Source: Harriotta raleighana
Lineage: Eukaryota
Length of the DNA: 64,000 nucleotides
Direction: 5' to 3'
Assembly (NCBI GenBank): GCA_050575255.1
Contig: JBNZDD010013714.1
Coordinates: forward strand, 4,805,600-4,869,599
The translations under genes were made by a program, and so were the position numbers. Under the pieces are notes generated by a model. The model saw only the letters and a list, made by a program, of their open reading frames with translations. It did no database searches and had not been told where the DNA came from. Every line of letters starts with the position of its first letter. Within the stretch, counting starts at the first letter, position 1. Below, piece after piece: positions 51,256 through 64,000 of this stretch.

Positions 51256-53231
51256 TTGGTCAAAATGGGGAGTGAGAGACCACGAGTCATATTCTCTCCC
51301 CGGGCTGATGTAGCCATATCATAAAAGGAAACGCAGGAATTTGTTGGGAGAGGAGCAAGGGAGCCGCTGAATTAAAAACAACTGGCTTTGAGTCCAAGAG
51401 ACATGTAGGTATTTCCAATATGGCTCAAATATTAGCGGGTGTGGGGGTGCAGGGAATGGGACGGTACAAAGGTATGTTTCCACCACGATAACTCTCTCCA
51501 TCAATGGGTTGGGCTGTCATAACCTTGTTATTCCTGGCCCAACTGCATCATTATAGTTATGCCACTCCGGGAATGGGAACTCAAGTCAGGGAGGGGAGGA
51601 TCGGAGGTGGGGGTACAGCTGAAGGCAATATCAAAGCGATAGGTGTTTAATCAGGTTTTGAAAGCAGAAAAGGTAAAAAGGTAGGAGCAGATTAGAGAGG
51701 GGGATTTCAGAAAGCAATGTCAAATTGGCTGAAAGCTCATCTCTGCTTGTGAGGAGAGGGAAAGGGGCATGAATCAGACTTGTCAAGACTGGAGAGAGTG
51801 GCTAGTGGCAGAACTGAATGATGTGGAGCAGAATTGCCTCAGGTTTGACAACTCTTGAGTAAGAGAAAATTAAGGCTGATTCAGGACTTCATGTCTGTTA
51901 GGACAGCAGTGTTGAGAGTGGAGGCGTTAGGTGCTATCCGGCATACTTGAAGTATTAAGTACTCTTGTTGCATACTTTTCAGAGTGCAAACCACAATTGT
52001 ATTGTTGAAGTTTTTTGTAATTTAAATAACTTTTGTAGTGCGCCTCATTACTTTGCTACCTCTTAAGATGCTGAGAACTGAAATTCATCTCTTATATTGT
52101 CCATTTAAGTTTGGACAGTTTTCTCCCTCTCAACCAAATCTATTAAGCTTCCTGCGATACATTGTTTTGCCATTTAATTTTGAATATAGCTTTCTGTGGG
52201 CAAAGAAACTACATGTATTAGTTTACATAAGATCTGAGAAACCCTTTTCTTTTAGTAATTTGGTTGAGTAAAATTTAAGTTAAATTGCAACAATTCTAAT
52301 GAATTAATAAGCCTCTATAGCCTGCTCCGTTAGTGATGGTCTGACAGCAAAGGACAGTTACCTAGGGAACGTGAATTTCTAAGACTGGCCTCTATTCTCT
52401 GGTTGGCTAGAAGCATGCTATGCATGCTGAGATTTGGAATCTGATCCCACATCCACTGGATTTTGTGTCTGCTACCAAACTACAACTCCCAGCATACGCA
52501 GCAAATGTTGTTATAAAATAGTCTTATAGATTATTTAAGTAAGACAAAATCTGAAATAATTTCTGCTGGTCAGTGTGAAACTGAGCTATGATAATCTAGG
52601 CAAAATAAATTGGTGAGACTTATAAATCAAAGGAGTTTTTGTATTAAGCCCCAATCTCTGCTTCTATGAAGTCAAAATAAAATTTACAAGAATGATTTCG
52701 TATTCTGATGTATTTGTTCAGTTATATAATGTTCTGCACAAATAATTTGCAACTCTGAATTTTGAGAATAGCATTCAGTTTCCTCATTGCATGATCCTGT
52801 TCTGATTCCTACATTTAAAATGAGTGCTATATTAAATCTGTACCGACATTGAGACCCGCTGAGCCTCCAATCCCTTGGCTGGCTGAACCACCAGGTTCTC
52901 ACAATACCCCACACTCGTGCTTTCTTTCAGGGGCAGTCTTCCGAGTGCTCAGTATAATGAGTGCACTGGTGCTGTACATCAACCTAATTACAAACTCTGT
53001 TGGACCACTGACTCTATGAAGACATGCCAATACAAGACACCTAGTTGGAGACTAGGGCAAAGGAGCAGGACATTCAGTTAAGTGACAGCTTTGATACGAT
53101 GAGAAACATTGGTATGTGATTCTAGCTTAAAATTGCAACTGTTGCCAGTATAAGAGTAGGTTTTACATTTATGTGTGTGGAGGGGGCGGTATGCTGCTTG
53201 TTAAGTTGATTGGCAGATTGCTTTTCCAGTG

Positions 53232-53419
53232 ATAATCCATCAAACAAAATAATAGTTTGATCACTCAATCAATGACTGTTTGTGGGACATTGCTGTTCGC
53301 AATTGGTCTCCATGTTTCGCCCACAAAATATTCAGTCAATTCACTTTACAGAATATTCTGTGAAGTACTTTGAGATATTTTGAACTTGCCCTATATCAAA
53401 TGCAAGGATTATTTATTAT
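53232..53419 (+). mobile_element. 3' part of the same SINE
   Basis: Core and AAATGCAAGGATT tail. Confidence 0.85.
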
Positions 53420-55456
53420 TGCTGAATTTGAGTTATTATTTACTTACAAATGACCAATTCAGGAAGGCCCCATAACTTTTTGAGGTAGATTATTTTATTA
53501 TCAAACATAAATAAAGGTAGTTCTCTATCCTTTTTCATAGTTAAATTCTAATGTGCATGTTGGTTTCACCTATGTTAGATCAAATGCCATTGAAAAATAG
53601 TAAATGGGGACGACAGTCAATAGTCACTCCCTACTTGTAAGGAGGGCTGAGTTTAATTAAGTGACAAAACATGGCAGCAATAAGTTGGTTTACATCCATT
53701 GGGGTTCGCCACTGGTTTCCCTGCTAAGTGTGTATTTTATTTATATTTTCTTCAATTTTCAGTCTCTTTAGATTGCTTAGGACTGAGAATTTTCCTTCAC
53801 ATTTTTTGGAATGTTCATGTAACTCACAATGTTATAGCTCACAGTCTGATGAGCATCTGGAAATCTCACGTATTAAAGGCAAGTGAGCTTGGCTCTGCAA
53901 GTTCTCTGTCAAGGTGAGAATGTAATTGCCTGGAAATGGAAGAATTTAATTTTGGGGCAGAAGTTACAGACTAAATGCTCAGTAAAGTTTTTTTCACTCT
54001 GCCAAAATATACTTTTACCTCAACTTCAGAAAATCACTCATTAAATTGATGTACTTTTTTTGTTTTTCTTAGCAGTCATTAGTGTTGTCTTGCCAAGGCT
54101 ACAAATGTAATTGTTGACAACAGATCTGCAATGTATCTGCCTGCAAGGTACAGGATTGAGCTCCCCATTAAAGCTCCAAATAGGAATACAAATTCCTTCA
54201 AAACATGACAGCCTTTGAATTAATGGTGAGAATTAAACAATATATTCATTAACAACAGTTTCAGCAAAATTGTTTCACATGCAGTTATTTTACTGAGCTG
54301 CTATCAAATAATATGCAATACAATGAAATAATATGTATGAGTAAATAATATCTTATCTTAGCATGAAGAAAGTATTGTACTGTACTTTCTTTTCCTTACC
54401 AAACTATTGTATTTTATATACACCCTAAAGCATGTACACCTTCAAATTCAAATGAACTTTAAAATATATACACCATTAAGAGAAAATGACCCAAAAAATA
54501 TAAATCCCAGCCACATATTTGTTAGTTAAAATTTAAGAATGCTGCACATCTACGTTGAACAGAATCTGAAAGAAAAAAAGACAACATTTTGAGTGTGATC
54601 TTTTCTCATAAAATGTTTAATTTTTTCATCGTAACTGATAAGTTTCTTTGATGTAATGTATTTGCATAAAAACAACAGCAAAACATTCATGTTCTTTAGG
54701 TAGCCTATTTTATATTGTCTGAATGAGCATTTCTTCTGTTTGGTTCAAATATATTTTAAATTAAAAATTTTCAATGGCAGGTAACTTCTTGGAAAAATAG
54801 ATTTTCAGACTGAAAAATATTATACTGTATTTTCTTAAAGAATATTGTAAATTATAGGCTGATGACCAATAGACATTCTGACTCCAGAGTGATTACCAGA
54901 CTGCAGCCTGTAATGCATGTTGGAGTCAGAAGTGCCTTGAGTTTAAAATATAGTTGAAGCAAAATTACTACTTTGGCTGTACGTGATTCAGTAAATGGTG
55001 CTGGTATACTTCCTGCATTACATTATAGTGATATTATTTATGATGATCTGTTTTAACAGTGTATGATCATGTATATTTCCATACATCAGATGATAAAGTA
55101 CAAAATTATACCAAAAGTATTTATTTGTACATCCAAGTTGACATTGCTGATTATGGCATATGAACTATTACTGCAAATTTGTATAGTATGGTTTCTTTTT
55201 AAAGAGTTATTTGAGCGTTCCAGTACTTAAGTTTAAAAAAAGCACTGCAGGATAAACACTACTCATAGTTGGTTCTGAATTTAAAAATATTGCCTGAGTT
55301 ATATTTCTTTGCCTGGTAATTGGGAATTGCATGCAACATGATAATCGAGAGTATAGTTAATCTGTTTCAAAAACAATAGAGAAAATGCTAAATTTTGTTA
55401 CCTTAACAATGCATTATTAAAATAATAAAGTAGCAGCATTTTCCTATATGTTGATA

Positions 55457-55820
55457 ACAATCCTTACATTTGGTTTAGCGCCTACAACATCAACAATACC
55501 TCAAAGCGCTTTCCACCATTTCTATAAAGTATCGTAACTGTTCCTTTTCTAAGTGAATGTGACAGCCATCTGATGCAGCAATGTTCCACAAACAGCCATG
55601 ATGTGAATAACCAATTTTATCTGCGGGATTGTTGGCCGCAACATTGGGAGAAACTCCCTTCTCTTTCCAAATAGTGCCAATGAGATCTTTAATGTCTGCC
55701 TGAACAGGCAGGCGAGACCTTGGTTTAAGTCAGATCTGAAAGATGTACCTCTGATAATGTTGTCCCGTCCCTTCTGTCCGCCCCTCCCACTCACCACGGT
55801 ACTGCATTGGGAGTGTCAGT
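55457..55820 (-). mobile_element. Old DeuSINE (SacSINE1/AmnSINE1-like) with long Deu domain
   Basis: GGGAGAAACTCCC..CTCTT..AAATAGTGCCA..GATCTTT...GGTTTAA...CTGAAAGA...CCTCTGA pattern plus the shared tail. Confidence 0.75.
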
Positions 55821-56844
55821 ATTCTAGACTATGATCCCAATTGAAGTAAAAACATTGAAACTTTTATGTTATCTTTTGAATGAGAAAACTGGAGCCAAAG
55901 GTAACTGCATGGAGGATGAACACCTTACAAATCAACCCTATTGGTTAATGAAAGCTCCAAAGCACTAATAATTTGTACTGGATTCTAAACGATAAGCTCA
56001 AGGACCTTCCCGTTATAACTGTATTCTCCAGTGAACTGTGGTAACTGTACTCTGAATCAGCTGCCAGTTGCTGACATACATGATTATCCATATCCAAAAC
56101 TAGCATCTATATTGGTTAGAATGGGGTGTTAGATTTCACTCACTTTCTCTGCTCTGTAATTTGAAAGGTTGGAATCTGAAATGTGGACAGGACTTGGGCG
56201 TGAGTTCTGTTCCCCATCCCCAATATATATGCACTTCCAAATCTTCTCTTTTTAGCTGACCATCTATCCCTGGGTATACCATTGAAGTATTTAGTAACAG
56301 TTGTGCAAGAACTGAGCCAAGTAACTTTATAGTCTGAATTCTTCCATCCTCCATTTGACTTGACTTGTCATGTTATCAAAATCATGTGAACTCATCATGT
56401 GGAGAATATTGTAATATCAAAGTACTGTACCAATATTCCAGCATGTAAGTGACCAGTGCAAGCACGTTGATTGGGATGGTCTGACCATGATTAAATAGTC
56501 GTTTGACACTAAGCTATCTAGTCTCTTCTTTGAGGAATGAGCACTTGGATGAGTTACTAAGGTTCTCAATACCAATGAACTGTACTCTATATAACGTCTT
56601 TCCCCACAAGAAAATAGGAAGAGAGAAAGATGAGAATAATGCTTTGCTTTTACCTTTTTTCAATGAAGGAACTGTCAGTCGTCTAGCAGCCCAAATGATT
56701 ATGGTTTTACCTGACCTTAGCAATCTGCACAAAGGAGCTGTCAGGAGTCTAATTTGTACTGTTATTTATCTATTACTTTGTGTTCCCTTGAGCTAGTAGA
56801 CTGGATGTGTGAATAAAATTTGCTAAGTTTCAGATAATTATTAT

Positions 56845-57002
56845 TAATAATAATCCTTGGGTTTCATATTGTGCTTTAATATGTTACCAGGACAGCTCAA
56901 AGTACATTTCAGGGAAGTGTAGTGACTATTTCATGGGTGAACATTGTAGCCTATTTACACACAGCAATGGCGCACAGCCGTAATGTGAATGACCAATTTT
57001 AT
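56845..57002 (-). mobile_element. Degraded SINE 3' part
   Basis: ATAATAATCCTTG...CACAGCAATG...TGAATGACCAATTT. Confidence 0.5.
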
Positions 57003-58686
57003 CTTACTGGTTCAAGAAGAAATGCAAAAGAAAATACTGCTTCAATTACTCAGTTGTGCCTGGTTCTCGGTTTCTAGCAGTATATTTAAGATCCTGAGGG
57101 AGACATTCTGACACAACATCCAGTTAACAAATCACCACATGAGATGCACACAATGATTAGCAGCTTTATTGTGAATATTCTATAATTTGATGACATGTAG
57201 TTATGTCAAAGTAGATAGCCACATGACACAAATCTTAGGGCTCTGGTAATGTTGAAAGGGCACACTAAAAATATAACATTTTATGTTCCTGTTCCTGTTT
57301 TGTGATTAAATGAAGCAGAATTAGTAATGAGAGCTGCCAATGTAGAATTCACCATGCATAACATTGTATTACTCTTTTGTTGTCCATTGCAGCATAATTT
57401 ATAATTTTCACATTAATGGTTTTAATTGTATATGAAATGAAATCAAATGTTAGTTTTAATAGCACTTATGCAATAATTTACTGCATAGAATGCTTTTATT
57501 TAAGTCTGTTTAATGGTCCTAGGGTGTTACATTTTCGTACAGCGCCCTTAGATCTTTAGAAAGAAGTAAAACTACGAGCAATGTCTATAAATAAAATCTC
57601 CCTAATCTAAAAGAAACAACAACAATTTAATTAAACCAAATTGTTTCAATGCTAACATATTACTTATTGGACTAAAACGTTGGTACAATTTGGTTAGGTG
57701 ATAATTATAAGCTCAATGCCATTAACTATTTGAAACCTAAAACCAGATTGTAGTGACATGGTACAGAAGCAGTAGAGACAATGTTATTTGTATCCATAGT
57801 AAGGCTGACCAGGTAACACATGACAGACAAAGGTCCAAGTGAATTATGGTCTGTCTCATCAGTGGATACAGAAATCCTGTTTCACTACCCTCCATTGGAT
57901 ATTCTATTTATAACACTCATAATTAAATGATTTTTGTTTTAATTAGTCTTGATGAGGGCTGTTGCCAAGCCTGAATGGTGTTTTAATATTCCCCATTCTT
58001 ATGTGAGCTGAATTTCACTTCTCTTCAAAGGTAATTGGGCACAATCATTTCACTGGTCAGTCTTCGCCAGTGATACAGTATGACATTTTAACTTTATGCT
58101 TCATTTATAAATGCTAGCGAGTTTAATGGGGTCGTATCTTAATATTCAGGCAGTATAGAACTTTGTTGGCTGCCATCCATGCTCAATGAAATTACAATGC
58201 TTGACTTTTCACTGTGTTGTCTGCATAAACACAATGATTGTGCTTCGACTTGTCCCCATAGGATAAGTAATCGAGCAACCTGATCCAGGAGGAGGCTGAT
58301 CCCAGAAACATCTTAGACTGAAGCAAGAAAATATTCCACATTTCAATGAGAAATTATTTTATAAGTTTTTTGAACAACAGAGCTTCCTCTAGAATTTAAG
58401 GTCCCTTTAAAATCACACACCTCTATATACTGAAGTGAAAGGTGCTAAACAAAATGCAACAATTATTATTATTATGATAATCACCAGTTCTATAGTGTGA
58501 TTATCCACTATAGGAATGTCAGAAAATGTACCAGTTCCTTGATTTTTTTCCTCTTTCTGTAACTATTTATTGTTTCCCATCTAAATTCACTTCAAGGGTA
58601 CACATCTTCCCCCAACTGAAAAGTGTTGCCATTACCCTTCCTTACAATTGTAAAGTGTCCCATTTCAATTGCCCTTGTGTGCCTTA

Positions 58687-58880
58687 TAATAATAATAATA
58701 ATCCTTGCATTTGATGTAGTGCCTTATCACATCTTTGATACTTCTCAAAGCGCCTCACAGAATATATTATAAAGTGAATTGACTGTATATTTTGTGGGAG
58801 AAACATGGCAGCCAATTGCACACAGCAGTATCCCACCAACAGCCGTGAATTAAATGACAAAATTATTTTTTTTACTAAGG
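58687..58880 (-). mobile_element. 3' part of the same SINE
   Basis: ATAATAATCCTTGCATTTG...GGCAGCCAATTGCACACAGCAG on the + strand. Confidence 0.85.
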
Positions 58881-61800
58881 ATTCTTATCCTCGGAATACT
58901 GATGCACCAATCGATTAACAATTGGGTTCCTGCTTACTACTAGGTAAACAGGCGTTGTTATACAGTCATCTGATTTTGATGCTGAATTTGTGCCAGTGAC
59001 AAGATGCCAAAATCTAAATGCAGAGCAGCCAAATAACACTCCAATTCACCTGCTCAGTCTCCAATGAGACTATCTACATAGACGCCTGATGTTGGAATAG
59101 CACTTTCCAGTAACCTAGCTGGAGCTGGGAGAGCGCCCCACCAAGATATTTGGCATTATGACGTATATTGTGAAACTGCCTTATTATTTATTGGCATGAA
59201 GTGGACCACACACACAATGGGTACCCTCCCTGGAGTCCGACAGCTTACATGTATGTGATTGTGATGCACAGTGGTGTTCTTCATTTTGGAATTCAAGTAC
59301 AACTTATAACCCTGCCAAAGTGAATGAGACACTGTTTAATGCAGCTCACTAATTCCAATGTTAATATAACAACAGCATGTGTGGAAGTATCCTTGGCTAA
59401 CTTGCCTTGTGTTGCGTCCAGGTTTCAGATATTGTTTTCTGCTCAGTTCTTGCTACTGACTGCAAGACTTAGATTGGAAACTGGAGCCATTGTAACTGTG
59501 AACATGGGCACTACCATCCATGAGTGTGTGTTTGTGTATTTGTGTACATACACTCTCGTATCTAGAACCCCTGGATCATTGAAATTAAGCCATCCTTGTT
59601 CTTAAAATAATTTATGAAAACAATCTTTCGAGGCAAGCCATGCTGACTATCATTTGTAACCTGTAAACTTTCATGAAAATAACCACAAACAATGTGCTAG
59701 TGCCTTGCTAGATTATTACCATCAAATTTGATTCAAGCTTACATATACAAACACTTAAAATTTGCGCACAGATTCATTATTGAACTAGTGTGTGTACTAT
59801 ACCTGTATCATGAGATTTGTACTCTCTCAGTCACCCCAAGAATGTTTCAGTTTTACTATTTTATTTGCAGATTGTCTTATCAAGTTTCTCTCATCTGTCT
59901 TAGATCTGCAAAAATCCCAGGCTCCAATTTCTACATTTGGTTTATAGCAGAATCCTACCATAATATCAAACAGCTTTGAGAATTTGTTTTAAAGAGCTAA
60001 ATGTTGCTTATCCCAAACAGGGGGTCGGGATCCTGGCAATGTAATTTTAAGTTAAGAATCTCATGAAGGAGAGGGAAGGTTGTGCAACTTGAGACTGCAA
60101 AAGTGGATCCTTACACTTTGCTTGCAGTAGAATCTGAAGCGCTTTGAGGTGTCTCAATGGTTGCAAATGTAAGGATTATTATAGTATTTGCATTACTAAA
60201 GTTTTGTGTACCTATGGCCCTTCTGACTGAACAATTTTGTTTGAACCCAAATATGTTTGGTGAAATTCCTGAACATTTGACTGTCCAGCAGCACCTTTGT
60301 ATGTCCTTCCGTCGTGAAAGGCATGATACAAATGTAATTTTGTTGTTGTTGTATTAGTTGTAGTAACATCACCAAATCTATTCTTTGTAATTATTTGCTG
60401 TTTACATATTGAAACATCTGTGTTACAAATAGTTACCGTGGCCGAATGTATGTCATTAGAGAGAGGGTTCGGTAAGAATATCAAAGGGAAATTGATTAGG
60501 TTTTAGTGGAGGTTGTCAACATAAATTTAAAGGCACATTGCATCAAATGACTGGGAGAGTTATTTACTGGTGGATGGATGGTGCATAATGCAAACACCAT
60601 TCACCAACAAGCAACTCACTCTCCAAAGAGTTGAATTATAAAGTACTATATTAGTAGAAATAGTGTTAAGCTCAGCCATATTTACATTAGCAGGCAACTC
60701 TAACAAATCTGTTGTAGAGCAATGTTGCGTGTAATTACTCCACTAAAGGTTTGCTTTTCACAGCTTAACACTAGGTGGTTTGACTTGTGCTTCCTCTTCT
60801 TTCAGCAATGCCTATAGGATTTTATAGATGTGAAAAGCTAAGCTCCTTCTCACTATTCTGGAAACAGCCAGTTAAGAAAACACGGGCAGTTTCATTCAGA
60901 GGGATTTGTTTGTCTCTGGAGCAGTTTTGAATTTGATCAGTGTAGAAAAAGCAAGCCAGAGGTGCTGTGAGGAGCAGCATTTTAATCGGTTAACCAGATA
61001 GAAAATATAGACAACAACATTAACCTTATGTGTTCTCTATTAGATTATTTCTTTCTCTTTCATATACTCTGTTTAACATAGATTTTCTAAGATCACTTTT
61101 CTGCAGTTACACGTGATTATGTTTCCAATATATCATAAAATGCCCATTTTTATTGCGGAGATATAACATATTGAACTAGCAGTGCAGACATTCTAATTAA
61201 GGGTTTTTATTTATAAACAGAAGCTGCCATTCTAACTTTTTCCTTTAGCAACCGATTTGAAGTGTATATTTCTTATTCCTCAAAGCTTAGAATTCCTGAA
61301 GGACTACATGCACTGATCAGTACTTGCAACAATGGTATGTTGTCAGGCAATCAACCAGCTGTCACTTTCTCACCTAAGAAAATCCAGTTTGGGTAAATGT
61401 AGATCCAGTAATTATTCTATTGAACAGATTTGCATTTAAAACCTTTCAAATGTTAATGAGAAAACTAACATGGAATCTACTAATAAGATAGTTTAAAGCA
61501 AAAAGGTACTGTTCTCAAGGCAAACATCACTGAATTATTTATCCAGTTATGATACTGTTTAGAACAAATAATTGTTACACCTAATTCCTATGAAGTGATT
61601 TGAGACGTCTCAAATGACATGATAAGGCACTGTATGACACAGTAAGGCACTGTATCAAATACAAGGATTATTATTATTACTATTATTTTAACTGTCTTTG
61701 AATTGCCTTCAGTCAATGAATTCTGACTTGCTCAAATATAGGAGATTAAAGATGAACAGAACAATGCAAAATATACTGCTTGAAAGAAAACCTGAATTTA

Positions 61801-63380
61801 AATAATTACACTGTCCCTATGTGAAAGGACATATTTTACATTGGAGCCGTCTAAACCAGTCTCATGGAGACACCATCCTGATTTTTGTATAAGAGCCACT
61901 TGGAATAATAGAAACAACAGGGCTATCGACAACTGACTGCTGTTACATTGAATAGGTATCAAAGTTCTTTCCCCTCTTAAAAGAGAAAAACAACAAAAAT
62001 GGACAAAAACAACAAAAATAGACAAAAACATACAAGGTTGTTCAATTCATCATAATTCTCTGCAGTTTGGTTTTAATGAATTCCATCTAGGAGCTTCTCA
62101 CAAACCTCTTTGGTGAGGAGCAGATTTGAGCAGAGCATTCCTGTACCTGAAAACTATAATCTTCCGTTTGTGAAGTTTACACTGTAGCCGTAAGAATGAC
62201 CCAGTTATTACGTCCATCGATGAATCAGTAAATATTCAACATGGGAACAGTTTATTATGATAGATATGGGTCCAAAATGACATCTAATAAAATATATCTT
62301 AAAACATTGATTGGGTGCAGCCAGAGAATGAGTTTAACTCACGGGCTGATAAATTTTCAAAATGTGGTTCTTGTTTTGAGGCAAATGTTACTTTGTTTCA
62401 GCTTTTCTTAAAAAAAAGTATAGTGCTTTGTTATAGATAAGTGCTGAAACCCCCATAGGTGGAGGCAACAGAGGCCTATCCCACACAAGGGGATTGACTT
62501 CCTGTTAGGCTGCTGGAAGTAGCTACAACACTGATCGACATGGTTCAGGCTGTGTCGTCATTTTGACTGAAACAGGATGGTTTGGCAGAGCATGAACTAA
62601 AATGAGATAAAAATGGAATAAGATATAATATATATATCTACATACTGTACATGTACTTTTAATATGGAAGTACACGTGAACCCTACTGATGCACATCTGC
62701 TTGTGCAAATGTGATGTGTCTGGTGCCATGAACACAATGTTTGAATTTCAGTCCACTTTGTTTGAATCACCTGACTTCATTTTCATTCTCCGTTCCATTT
62801 AAACAACTCTCTTTCAGAGGCATTGATTTGGGCAAGAATGGTACCTCAAACCACATGCATTTTGTGTAACAGTTGAGGTATGCCACGCACACGTATGAAT
62901 CACCACATATTCCCCAATCAACATGTGTTGCAGTGCTCTGTGGGATGTGTGAACTGATTCCATTTTGGAAGTGCAATTTTAACATGCCCATTCCAAAAAG
63001 CTGGCTTGCATTGAAATTTGTTAAAGACTAGGTCAGGAGCTGTGTTTTTAAATTTGTATCCATCAGAATTGTGTTGGAAAGCAGCATTTGAACACTGCAC
63101 TGTAGGTCAGTCTGCATCAATGTTTAACCATGATTGAATAGAGCACTTATTTTGCCAGTTACAGCTTTCAAATCTACCAAGAAAGTGATTTGCACTCTAA
63201 CACACAAGCCTGTGCATCTAGTTAATTACTTCAACTCTAATAATTCAAATAAAACCAATCTTATCCTGTTGTTTTTATAATTAATTTTCCTTTGGCCTGT
63301 CCGAATTGTTACTTTCCTTCCTTCCTTGTTGTCATCATGGAATTTCTCCCAGGGTCCTAGCCAACAATACCTCAGATCAA

Positions 63381-63545
63381 ATTGGTCATTCAGTCATGTC
63401 TGTTTGTGGGACACTGACACCGGTGTGCACCAAGTGGCTGTCATATTTGCCTACAAAATACACTTTACAGTAAATCCTGTGAAACAACTTCAGACCATCC
63501 TCCTTGTATGAAAGATGCTACATCAAATGCAAGGATTTTTATTAT
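63381..63545 (+). mobile_element. Diverged SINE 3' part
   Basis: TTGGTCATT..CTGTTTGTGGGACACTG...ATCAAATGCAAGGAT. Confidence 0.7.
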
Positions 63546-64000
63546 CAGTACAGCAGATTAAATACACATTTTATCAATTATATGTCTACTTTTCTAAAAC
63601 ATTAAGTTTTATTTTAGAGACTAATACATAAAGCCATGTATTGAAAGACCAGGAAATGTAATGTAGTAACAGTTGATTTGAAAATGTTTTATCCAGCATA
63701 AATTAGTCAAGGTCCTAGAGGGCAAAATGACAAGAGGTTACTCGTACATTGTGTTTAATTAATTGAAAAATGCTCATATTGCTGTTAGTTATTAAAAACT
63801 AGAATCAGTGTTGCCAGTACTCAACCATAATTAGCACACTAGGGAATTAAATATTTAGCATTATTAATGTAACAGTACTAAGACACAAATTTCTATTTCA
63901 GTAATGAAAGGGATTTACTGTAAGTGCAAATGGCTGTAACGACAGCTGTGACAAGAGAAATAGTCAGGGCTATTTCAATAAGACATTTCATTGGATGGCA

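Noticed and set aside
43400-64000. Sowah ankyrin-repeat exons or a second Irx gene
   Set aside because: No TPLH/TALHW ankyrin motifs or homeobox seen in the ORF track or by eye. Short or decayed exons could be missed without tBLASTn.
1-64000. Prokaryotic-type systems (CRISPR arrays, operons) and the remaining 60-115 aa ORFs
   Set aside because: The sequence is an intron-containing vertebrate locus with no regularly spaced repeats. The short ORFs are low-complexity, TE-derived or of chance length.

Overview
Eukaryotic, AT-rich vertebrate DNA. The repeat content (Deu-domain tRNA SINEs, CR1, L2, a Penelope-like remnant) points to a cartilaginous fish, possibly a chimaera; this is inference. The only complete known gene is a 3-exon Iroquois homeobox gene, Irx5, on the minus strand (CDS 30691-30455, 29990-29585, 29147-28384; 468 aa). 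It lies in a CpG-retaining, repeat-poor domain flanked by many CNE-like blocks. The most notable item is absent from the ORF track. About 5.8 kb upstream of Irx5 and divergent from it, at the position of the human lncRNA CRNDE, a CpG-island promoter precedes spliced plus-strand exons (36533-36671, 39332-39393, 39465/39469-39542). These encode the N-terminal domain of a Sowah (sosondowah) protein with an open frame and canonical splice sites, but the frame stops at 67 or 84 aa and I could not find ankyrin exons in the window. It may be a Sowah-derived microprotein or a coding-to-lncRNA intermediate, with a 4-nt tandem acceptor that could toggle NMD. The other ORF-track entries look spurious or repeat-derived. 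CNE calls cannot be confirmed without alignments.
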